Below, piece by piece: positions 37,546-45,966 of a DNA stretch of 48,380 bases. The stretch is from the NCBI GenBank assembly GCA_022763805.1, contig JALERC010000085.1, forward strand, positions 1 through 48,380, in the 5' to 3' direction. The notes under the pieces are model-generated. The model searched no databases. It was not told the origin of the DNA and worked only from the letters and a program-made list of their open reading frames with translations. Source of the DNA: Mycoplasmatota bacterium (GTDB lineage: Bacteria > Bacillota_I > Bacilli_A > RF39 > UBA660). How positions within the stretch are numbered: position 1 is the first letter of the stretch; each line of letters starts with the position of its first letter. Position numbers and translations under genes: made by a program.

Positions 37546-40500
37546 ATGAAGAAAGTTTTTATGTATTTGCTATATTTATCTTTAATAATTATTCCATTAA
37601 ATGTTAATGCTTCAACATGTAAATATGAAGTTGATATATCATATCCTGATGATGATGTTAAATTATCATGTCATGAAAACTATAATGATGCATTAAATGC
37701 AATGAATAATTATAAATCGACAGAAAAACAAGTAGCAGTAATAAAAAATAATGGTAGAATTATAAATGCTAAATATGCAATTGCAAAAATAGATGTTGAA
37801 AATGAAGCTGAAATACAATATAGAAGTGATGGAATAAAAAACTTATATAGAACAAGTTATGCTGCATACAGTCATTCAGTACCAACCTATGATCCAGACT
37901 TTATGACATATATAGCTTCAACATGGGGAGCAGATGCAGCATTTTTGAATTATGATCCACAATATAATACGGTAAATATCAAAATAAGTGGAGTTAATGG
38001 ATGGTTGAAAAAGGACCAAGTTATAATTATTCCTATTTCAAAATATTATAGTAAAACATTTAATTACCAATCTAATAGACCTAAAATTAAATCAATAAAA
38101 AGTAGTATTACATTAAGAAGCGGACCATCAACAAATTCTGAATCTTTAGGATATTCAACAAGTACAAATCAAATTTTTGAATATTATCCTTCACAAACAA
38201 AAGAAGATGATACATATTACTGGTATAAAGTAAAATACAATTCTAATACGGTAGGGTGGTTAGCAAGTAAAAAAGATGAAAATTGGTTAATGGATGTAAG
38301 TATACTTAGAAATGATACATACTATTATAGTATTGATAATATTTTATATCATCATGTCCATAAAGGAGCATCATTTGCTGATGTAAATATGACTCTTGGT
38401 ACAGCACCTTTTGTATATACAAAACCAAAAGTTAAAACATATTACTTAGCAAACTCAACTAATAATGATATAAATGCTAATAACAGATATTTTAGTTTTG
38501 ATAGTAATTATTTCTATCAATCATATTCACAAATGATAGATGATTATAGAAATGGAAATTATAATAATGCAATAAATAAAGATTACCCTTATTATGCTTA
38601 TTTCATGTATATTCCATCTAGATCATTTACAGGATATGATGCTAATTCATTTAATCAAATGGTAATAAATAAAGGTTATACAAGTTTCCCTGTAAATCCT
38701 AAAAATTATATTAATCCAAATACAGGTAGTTTTAAATCTGGAATGTCTGCTGGTACTAGTTCAATGATGTTTGGTATTGGTGAAAGTATTATAAAAGCAC
38801 AAAATACATATGGTGCTAATGCAATGAATATATTTAGTAATGCTGTACGTGAGTCTGCAACAGGTACTAGTCCTATAGCATTCTATAAAAACAATTTATT
38901 TGGAATGGGTGCCGTAGATGGTAATGCCTTTAATGGAGCATATACTTATGATTCTGTTGAAGCATCAGTTATGGATTATGCCAAGAAATTAAGTTATGGA
39001 AATGCATACTCAGATTTAAATGATTACAGATATAATGGTACTCATGAAGGTAATAAATTAAGTGGAAAAGGTGTACAATATGCATCTGATCCATATTCAG
39101 GGGAATCAAGTACTGGTCTTTCCTTCTGGAGTGACTTTAATAGTGGAAAAGTTGATGAATTCAAAAATACATTAGGTATTAAGAATAATAGTAATTTAGT
39201 TAATATTTATTCAGAACCAAACAGTTCTAGTCGAGTAATTTATCAAACAAAAAATAACGCTAATGGAAGAATACTTACAAATTTATCATTTATTGTTACA
39301 GATTATTTAGAAGTAAATGAAAATAATAAAACTCAAGGATATTATAAAGTATATACTGATTTAAGTTTAAATGACGATAGATATTATGATAATAATACAT
39401 ATTATACATTTAAAAATAGTTATGGTTATATCAAAAAAGAAGATTTATATGTAAGTAATCATCAACCTGTAATTAATGCTGAAAATATACATATTAATCA
39501 ATTCGAAGAATTTAAAAGTAATGCAACAGCAGATGATTATGAAAATGGTGATTTAACAAACAGAATAGAAATCTCAGGAGAAATTAATAATGAAATTCCT
39601 GGGGATTATAAAATAACATATACTGTTTATGATAATGAAAACTTTAAAGCAACAAAAGATATCATTGTTACTGTTGATGCTACTGATAAACCAGTCATTA
39701 ATTTAGAAGATGTAACAATTCCACAATATGTAGAATATGATCCATTAACAGGTGTAACTGCATATGACCGTGTAGATGGTGATTTAGAAGTTGAAATTAA
39801 ATCAGGAACATTAAATATAAATGAAATAGGTACATATGAATTTATATACACTGCTAAAGATAAAGATAATAATATAACAGAAGCTAAAAGAATAATAACT
39901 GTAATTGCTAATGAATATCCAGTAATTAATGCTAATAATGTCGTAACATATATTAACGAACCATTTAATGCATTAAATGGGGTAACTGCTAGTGATAAAG
40001 AAGATGGTAATATTACTAGTAGAATTACTTATGAAGGAGAAATTGATGTAAGTAAAGCAGGATCGTTTGAAATAACATATAAAGTTATTGATAATGCTAA
40101 TCAAATGACTTCAAAAACTATTACAGTAACTGTTGAAGAAAAGAAATTTATCATGCGTGATAATATATTTAATTTATATTCTTTAGAATATAATAAAGAT
40201 ACTAAAAAACTAGATATAAGTGGTTTCTTAATAATAAAAGGTATGCACAATACACTTACAACATCAATCAAATATGATATTATATTTGTTAATCAATTTG
40301 ATGGTAATGAAATAGTTATGCCACTTTCTAGATTCACTAGTGGTATGCCTTATGATGCACCAAGTTCAAATGGATTTGATAACAAAGGATCATGGTTTAA
40401 AGAAAGTTTAGCAGTAAATAGTTTACCAAATGGTGATTATACTGTTTATATTAGAGCTAGAAGTGGTGATTTTGAAGCTAAAACAGTTTTAAAAAATCCA

Positions 40501-41100
40501 TTCTTTAATGAGAAATTTGCAAGAAAATTTGAAATTGATGGAAAAGGATTTTTATTTAAAACAAACTATAGTAATAAATTAATACCATTAGAATTATCAG
40601 TAAGAGAAGATGGACTAATTGCTAATGTTAACAATCCTACTATTGATAATATGTATAATCAAGTATATGATATTAATCTAAAGGATGATAAGTTATTAAT
40701 AGAAGCTAGTAGTCATAATGTTAAAGGTAATTATGCTATTAATCAAACAGTAGAGAGAAACATTTATTTAGAAAATATAAAAACGTCTAAAATAGCTAAA
40801 TCATATAATGTTGGTTCTGTATCTGATGGCCCATATCCTATTAGATTAAAAGTTGATGACGGTTTTAGTAAAACTAGAGCATGGTATAGAACAACACTTG
40901 ATTTATCAGATATTCCAGTGGGAACATATGCTATATATGTTAGAACAAAAACAGGTAATATTGACGATTATGGTGAATTATACGATGTACTATTTAAAGA
41001 AGTTAATAGAAAATCAATATATAACGGTCGTATATATTCAATTTCTAGAAATGATAATATGAGATATCGTATTGAATTAAAAATAGAAGAAGAGACTTAA
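37546..41100 (+). CDS. Large secreted peptidoglycan hydrolase: SH3-like domains, GH73 glucosaminidase, three DUF5011/Ig-like repeats and two C-terminal beta-rich repeats
   Basis: Signal peptide ..LNVNA|S; LRSGPST...WYKV...GW; AVRESATG...KNNLFGMGAVD...YASDPY; repeats P.I.A...TA.D..DGDLT...G.Y...Y. ATG 37546 follows AGGAGG. Confidence 0.85.
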   Translation: MKKVFMYLLYLSLIIIPLNVNASTCKYEVDISYPDDDVKLSCHENYNDALNAMNNYKSTEKQVAVIKNNGRIINAKYAIAKIDVENEAEIQYRSDGIKNLYRTSYAAYSHSVPTYDPDFMTYIASTWGADAAFLNYDPQYNTVNIKISGVNGWLKKDQVIIIPISKYYSKTFNYQSNRPKIKSIKSSITLRSGPSTNSESLGYSTSTNQIFEYYPSQTKEDDTYYWYKVKYNSNTVGWLASKKDENWLMDVSILRNDTYYYSIDNILYHHVHKGASFADVNMTLGTAPFVYTKPKVKTYYLANSTNNDINANNRYFSFDSNYFYQSYSQMIDDYRNGNYNNAINKDYPYYAYFMYIPSRSFTGYDANSFNQMVINKGYTSFPVNPKNYINPNTGSFKSGMSAGTSSMMFGIGESIIKAQNTYGANAMNIFSNAVRESATGTSPIAFYKNNLFGMGAVDGNAFNGAYTYDSVEASVMDYAKKLSYGNAYSDLNDYRYNGTHEGNKLSGKGVQYASDPYSGESSTGLSFWSDFNSGKVDEFKNTLGIKNNSNLVNIYSEPNSSSRVIYQTKNNANGRILTNLSFIVTDYLEVNENNKTQGYYKVYTDLSLNDDRYYDNNTYYTFKNSYGYIKKEDLYVSNHQPVINAENIHINQFEEFKSNATADDYENGDLTNRIEISGEINNEIPGDYKITYTVYDNENFKATKDIIVTVDATDKPVINLEDVTIPQYVEYDPLTGVTAYDRVDGDLEVEIKSGTLNINEIGTYEFIYTAKDKDNNITEAKRIITVIANEYPVINANNVVTYINEPFNALNGVTASDKEDGNITSRITYEGEIDVSKAGSFEITYKVIDNANQMTSKTITVTVEEKKFIMRDNIFNLYSLEYNKDTKKLDISGFLIIKGMHNTLTTSIKYDIIFVNQFDGNEIVMPLSRFTSGMPYDAPSSNGFDNKGSWFKESLAVNSLPNGDYTVYIRARSGDFEAKTVLKNPFFNEKFARKFEIDGKGFLFKTNYSNKLIPLELSVREDGLIANVNNPTIDNMYNQVYDINLKDDKLLIEASSHNVKGNYAINQTVERNIYLENIKTSKIAKSYNVGSVSDGPYPIRLKVDDGFSKTRAWYRTTLDLSDIPVGTYAIYVRTKTGNIDDYGELYDVLFKEVNRKSIYNGRIYSISRNDNMRYRIELKIEEET

Positions 41101-41120
41101 TTATTTAATTAAGTCTTTTT
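41093..41120 (+). terminator. Terminator after the hydrolase gene
   Basis: AGACTTAATTA-TT-TAATTAAGTCT plus T run. Confidence 0.7.
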
Positions 41121-41166
41121 TATATATTAAATCAATTGTTTACTAAAAGGTATTTTACATGCTATA

Positions 41167-41652
41167 ATGTATACGGGTGTTTATATGAAAAAAAAGTTAA
41201 TACCAATAATAGCTACTATAGTTTTATTTATAGATCAAATAATAAAATTAATTATTAGAAAAAATATGAATCTATATAATTCAATAAAAATAATTAAAAA
41301 TTTTTTTAATATAACATATGTAAAAAATATTGGAGCTGCATGGAGTATTTTTTCTGGATTTCAAATTCCTCTAATTATTTTTACAATTATTGTTTTAATA
41401 ATACTATATTACTATTTTGTTAAAGACAAATGTTTAAAAAATTGTGAAATAATAATGTATGGCATTTTACTTGGGGGAATACTTGGAAATCTTTTTGATA
41501 GAATATTTCTAAATGGTGTAATAGATTATTTAGATTTTATTATACTAGGTTACGATTTTCCAATATTTAATTTTGCCGATATTGCCATTGTAATATCTAT
41601 GTTTTCTTTAGTATTTTTAGAATTAAGAGGTGAAAAAAATGATAGTAAATAA
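41167..41652 (+). CDS. lspA: Lipoprotein signal peptidase II
   Basis: DQIIK, NIGAAWS, GGILGNLFDR, VIDY and FNFAD; start may be ATG 41185. Confidence 0.95.
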   Translation: MYTGVYMKKKLIPIIATIVLFIDQIIKLIIRKNMNLYNSIKIIKNFFNITYVKNIGAAWSIFSGFQIPLIIFTIIVLIILYYYFVKDKCLKNCEIIMYGILLGGILGNLFDRIFLNGVIDYLDFIILGYDFPIFNFADIAIVISMFSLVFLELRGEKNDSK

Positions 41653-42529
41653 TGAAAATGCAAATACAAGATTAGACCATTATTTAGCTAATAATACTGA
41701 ATTTAGTAGAAGTAAAATAACTAATCTTATAAAAGAAGGTAAAATATTAGTAAACGGGAAAAATGTTAAAACAGGTTATTTAATTAAAGAAAATGACATA
41801 ATAGAAATTAATTATGAAGAAGAAGAACTAAAAGCTGAACCAGAAAAAATGGATTTAGATATAGTTTATGAAGATAATGATGTTATAGTTGTTAATAAAG
41901 CAAATAAAGTAGTAGTACATCCTGCATGTGGTAATAAAAGTGGTACTTTAGTTAATGGCCTTTTATATCATTCTAAAAACTTGTCAAGCATAAATGGTGA
42001 ATTTAGACCAGGAATAGTGCACAGAATAGATGCTGATACTACTGGACTTTTAATGATTGCTAAAAACGATAAAGCACATAAGATATTAGCAGATCAATTA
42101 AAAGAAAAAACAACACATCGTGTATATTATGCTTTAGTATGGGGAGTAATAAATAATGAAACAGGAACTGTAGATGCTCCAATAGGAAGAGATCCAAAAG
42201 ATCGTAAAAAAATGGCTGTTACTCCAGATAATAGCAAAGAAGCAATTACTCATTTTAGAGTTATTGAAAGGTATAAAAATGCTACTTTAATTGAATTGAA
42301 ACTTGAAACAGGAAGAACTCATCAAATAAGAGTTCATATGAAATATATAGGTCATCCAGTTGTAAATGATCCTGTTTACAGTAATAAACCACTATTTGAT
42401 GATTCTGGACAATGCTTGCATGCTAAAGAATTAGGATTCATTCACCCAACAACTAATGAATTTATGAAATTTGATTCAGAATTACCTGAATGTTTTATAA
42501 AAATACAAAACTTATTAAAGAATGAATAA
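41630..42529 (+). CDS. rluD: RluA-family (RluD-like) pseudouridine synthase
   Basis: S4 domain RLDHYL...SRS, VHRIDADTTG and LETGRTHQIRVH; downstream of lspA. Confidence 0.9.
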   Translation: MKKMIVNNENANTRLDHYLANNTEFSRSKITNLIKEGKILVNGKNVKTGYLIKENDIIEINYEEEELKAEPEKMDLDIVYEDNDVIVVNKANKVVVHPACGNKSGTLVNGLLYHSKNLSSINGEFRPGIVHRIDADTTGLLMIAKNDKAHKILADQLKEKTTHRVYYALVWGVINNETGTVDAPIGRDPKDRKKMAVTPDNSKEAITHFRVIERYKNATLIELKLETGRTHQIRVHMKYIGHPVVNDPVYSNKPLFDDSGQCLHAKELGFIHPTTNEFMKFDSELPECFIKIQNLLKNE

Positions 42530-42538
42530 GGAGGAAAT

Positions 42539-43681
42539 ATGGAAGAAAATACTTTATCTATGACACAAACTGATGAAATGATTATGAAATTGCTTCATTA
42601 TTTTGTTACAGTAGAAAATTATTCACCAATTGTATTAAAAGGTGCTAAAAACGAAATTTGGTTAGAAAAATTTGATGGAGAATATAAAATTGTAAGACTT
42701 GTATCAAACTATATACATAATAATGAACAATTAAATATGGATATTTATAGAACAAAACAAATAATGAAAAGAATAAAGAAAAAAACTATGTCTTTTTCTA
42801 TTAATGCTTTAAGTATTTTTGTTAATTTAGGAGATAATGTAGAATTAGACACTGTATCAGAAGACAATATTGATTGTGCTAATATTAAAACAACTGAAGA
42901 TTTAAAAAAATATCAATTTATAATGGATGAATTTCCAACAATTACTAAGAAAACGAATTTTAAAGAGGAAGGATTAGATTTATTTGTTAAACTAACTAAC
43001 GATATTGGAGAAGTTAATAAGATAAATCAAAAACAAGCTGAGGATTTATTTGCAAAGAAAGACCCTATAATAACTAAAATATTGATTACTATAAATATTG
43101 TAATATTTATACTTCAATTAGTATTAGGATGGGATGTAGTAGCAAATTTTGGCGCTAATTATGCTCCTTTTGTTAAAAGTGGTAAATTTTATGTATTATT
43201 TACATCGATGTTTATTCATGGTAATTTAATTCATTTGTTATTTAATATGTATGCTTTATATATTATAGGACCTCAAGTTGAAAGTTTTTATGGAAAAATT
43301 AAGTACTTAGCAATATATTTTGGAAGTGGTATCTTAGGTGCTTTATTATCAGATATATTTTTACAAAATTCTATATCTGTTGGTGCTAGTGGTGCAATAT
43401 TTGGACTTTTATCAAGTATTGTATACTTCGGATATCATTATAGAGCTTATTTAGATACTGTTATAAGATCACAAATTATGCCATTAATTATATTTAATAT
43501 ATTTTTAGGAATAGTTATTCCTAATATTGATACATTTTGTCATATTGGTGGCCTTATCGGTGGTGTACTTGTTTCTATGGCTTGTGGTATTAAATATAAA
43601 AGTTCAAAATCAGAAAGAATTAATGGTTTTATACTTACTACAATATACACAATATTTTTATTAATATTATTATTTAAATAG
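42539..43681 (+). CDS. Rhomboid intramembrane serine protease with soluble N-terminal domain (GluP/YqgP-like)
   Basis: FIHGNLIHLLFNM, VGASGAIFG (catalytic Ser) and HIGGLIGG (catalytic His). Confidence 0.92.
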   Translation: MEENTLSMTQTDEMIMKLLHYFVTVENYSPIVLKGAKNEIWLEKFDGEYKIVRLVSNYIHNNEQLNMDIYRTKQIMKRIKKKTMSFSINALSIFVNLGDNVELDTVSEDNIDCANIKTTEDLKKYQFIMDEFPTITKKTNFKEEGLDLFVKLTNDIGEVNKINQKQAEDLFAKKDPIITKILITINIVIFILQLVLGWDVVANFGANYAPFVKSGKFYVLFTSMFIHGNLIHLLFNMYALYIIGPQVESFYGKIKYLAIYFGSGILGALLSDIFLQNSISVGASGAIFGLLSSIVYFGYHYRAYLDTVIRSQIMPLIIFNIFLGIVIPNIDTFCHIGGLIGGVLVSMACGIKYKSSKSERINGFILTTIYTIFLLILLFK

Positions 43682-43700
43682 CAGCATACCTGCTATTTTT
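43676..43700 (+). terminator. Terminator after the rhomboid gene
   Basis: AAATAGCAG-CATAC-CTGCTATTT plus T run. Confidence 0.7.
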
Positions 43701-43751
43701 AGTTGTATAATTATTGTTTATATTGTATAATAATTTTTGCGAGGTGGAATT

Positions 43752-44348
43752 ATGAACAAATATAGTCTCATAGTCGTAAGTGAAGGAAAAGAGATAGAAA
43801 TAATAATAAAAAATAATAAAGTTAAATCAACAAAATTAGATTTGCGTTGTATAGATTTATATACAACAAAATTTAATTGTAAAGATGATTTATTATATGA
43901 TATACATGCTAGATTTCCAGATATTATAAATATAGATTCTATCTATATAAAATCAAATAAAAAATATGTACCAATAGCATATAATGATAAAGAAGTATTA
44001 TGTAATGTAGAATGTAATGATAATAAAGTAAATCAAGATGATAAAAACTTTAAGAGTATCATATATAATTTTCTAAATATGTTAGAAGATAATGAATTCT
44101 ATGCATTTTTATTGAGAAGTAATTTTATAAATGAATTAGAGAAAAGCTTTATAAAAGAACGTATTGAAGGTGGAGATTATAGTAATCATTTACTATACCA
44201 AATTATATCAAGTTTTTCTTGTTATGAAGATTTAAGAAAGCTTATGTTTACAATGGATAAACTTAATATATATATACTTAATAAACAATTAAAAGAAAAA
44301 TTAAATTATTTTGAACAAAAAAATATAAAAACATTAAGAAGACAATAA
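43752..44348 (+). CDS. Hypothetical protein
   Basis: Open frame with GAGGTGG RBS before ATG 43752, its own -10 (TGTATAAT) and a terminator hairpin; no recognisable family. Confidence 0.7.
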   Translation: MNKYSLIVVSEGKEIEIIIKNNKVKSTKLDLRCIDLYTTKFNCKDDLLYDIHARFPDIINIDSIYIKSNKKYVPIAYNDKEVLCNVECNDNKVNQDDKNFKSIIYNFLNMLEDNEFYAFLLRSNFINELEKSFIKERIEGGDYSNHLLYQIISSFSCYEDLRKLMFTMDKLNIYILNKQLKEKLNYFEQKNIKTLRRQ

Positions 44349-44392
44349 CTTAATGTTTTTTTATGATATAATCGATTTAAAGGGGTAAGATT

Positions 44393-45226
44393 ATGAATGA
44401 ATTTTTAAATTATTTAAAAGATGAAAGAAATTATTCTGATAAAACAATACTAAATTATAAAATGGATTTAGAAAACTTTTATAATTATATTAATAAAAAA
44501 AAGACTAAGAAAATTGATTTCGATTTCCTGCAAGAATATATTGAAAATTTGTCTCAAAAAAAATATAGTACTAAAAGTATTCAAAGACATATAAGTTCAC
44601 TCAAAAGTTATTTTAAATTTTTGTATAATAAAAACTATATCAATGTAAACCCTGCAGAATTATTATGTTTACCAAAAAATGAAATAAAATTACCAAATTA
44701 TTTAACTATAATAGATTTAGAAAAAATATATGAATTAGATCTATCATTAAGAGATAAATTAATAGTTGAACTTCTATATTCAACGGGAATACGTTTAAGT
44801 GAATTAGTAAATATTAAAATATCAGATATAAATTTTTATGACAAAACTATAAAAGTTTTAGGAAAAGGAAATAAAGAAAGATATGTATTATTTGGTAGTG
44901 TTTGTAGTAAGTTATTAAAAGAATATATTAATAATGAAAATAGAGTTTATTTATTACTAAATAAAAATGGTAATAAACTAAGTGAACGTGGAGTAGAGTA
45001 TATAATTGAAAAAATATTTAAAAGTGTTAATGTACATGCTAAATTAACACCACATACATTAAGGCATACATTTGCAACACATATGCTTGATAATGGATGT
45101 GATTTGGTAACTGTTCAAAAACTATTAGGTCATTCTGATTTGTCTACAACAAGTATATACACTCATATTTCCAATGAGCACTTAAGAACAACATATTTAC
45201 AAACACATCCAAGAGCAAGGAGGTAA
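44393..45226 (+). CDS. xerC: Tyrosine recombinase, XerC/XerD family (chromosomal)
   Basis: YLKDERNYS..TI..Y..DL, STGIRLSE, GKGNKER, TPHTLRHTFATH, LGH and TTSIYTH; housekeeping context. Confidence 0.85.
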   Translation: MNEFLNYLKDERNYSDKTILNYKMDLENFYNYINKKKTKKIDFDFLQEYIENLSQKKYSTKSIQRHISSLKSYFKFLYNKNYINVNPAELLCLPKNEIKLPNYLTIIDLEKIYELDLSLRDKLIVELLYSTGIRLSELVNIKISDINFYDKTIKVLGKGNKERYVLFGSVCSKLLKEYINNENRVYLLLNKNGNKLSERGVEYIIEKIFKSVNVHAKLTPHTLRHTFATHMLDNGCDLVTVQKLLGHSDLSTTSIYTHISNEHLRTTYLQTHPRARR

Positions 45227-45228
45227 TT

Positions 45229-45903
45229 ATGGCAAAATTATATTTTAGATATGGTGCAATGAATTCAGGTAAAACAACTAATTTATTACAAGTAGCATAC
45301 AATTATGAAGAAAGAGATCAATTTGTTGTAATAATAAAAGCTGATATAGATAAAAAAGGTGGAAATAAAATAGTTGCAAGAGTTAGCATGGAAAGAGAAG
45401 TAGATTATTTAATAAAACCTGAAGATGATATTATAAAAATTTTGAAACCAAGATTTGATAATTTAAATTGTATATTAGTTGATGAAGCACAATTTTTAAC
45501 CGAGGAACAAGTTTTTGAATTATTTGTTATAGCAAAGAAATATGATATTCCAGTTATAGCATATGGACTTAGAACAGATTTTAAAACAAATGCTTTTCCA
45601 GGTTCTCTTGCATTATTTAGACTTGCTGATGAATTTGAAGAAGCACCTACTATATGTAGATGTGGTGAAAAAGCAAGATTCAATGCAAGAATTATTAATG
45701 GAAAATTTGTAAGTGATGGTAATCAAGTGGCAATAGATGAAATGGATGAAGTTCATTATGAATCATTATGTGGTAAATGTTATTTAGAAAAAGTAATGAA
45801 TTATGATATGGAAGAAAAAAATAACTATGAAAACTTAACAGATACTGAATTAAATAGTATAGTTGATGAAATAAATAAAATAATTAAAAAACGTAAAGGA
45901 TAA
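45229..45903 (+). CDS. tdk: Thymidine kinase
   Basis: YGAMNSGKTT, VDEAQF, AYGLRTDF and Zn motifs ICRCG / LCGKC. Confidence 0.96.
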   Translation: MAKLYFRYGAMNSGKTTNLLQVAYNYEERDQFVVIIKADIDKKGGNKIVARVSMEREVDYLIKPEDDIIKILKPRFDNLNCILVDEAQFLTEEQVFELFVIAKKYDIPVIAYGLRTDFKTNAFPGSLALFRLADEFEEAPTICRCGEKARFNARIINGKFVSDGNQVAIDEMDEVHYESLCGKCYLEKVMNYDMEEKNNYENLTDTELNSIVDEINKIIKKRKG

Positions 45904-45922
45904 GTAAACTTATTCTTTTTTT
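45895..45922 (+). terminator. Terminator after tdk
   Basis: AAAGGATAAG-TAAA-CTTATTCTTT plus T run. Confidence 0.65.
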
Positions 45923-45966
45923 ATTTATAATTTGATATAATACTAATTAGAGTAGGAGAGTGAAGT

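Noticed and set aside
44393-45226. Tyrosine recombinase as the integrase of the repeat-bounded cassette or of an integron
   Set aside because: Sequence and context (coupled to tdk, 20 kb from the cassette) fit housekeeping XerC/D; no integron-integrase insertion or attC-like array seen.
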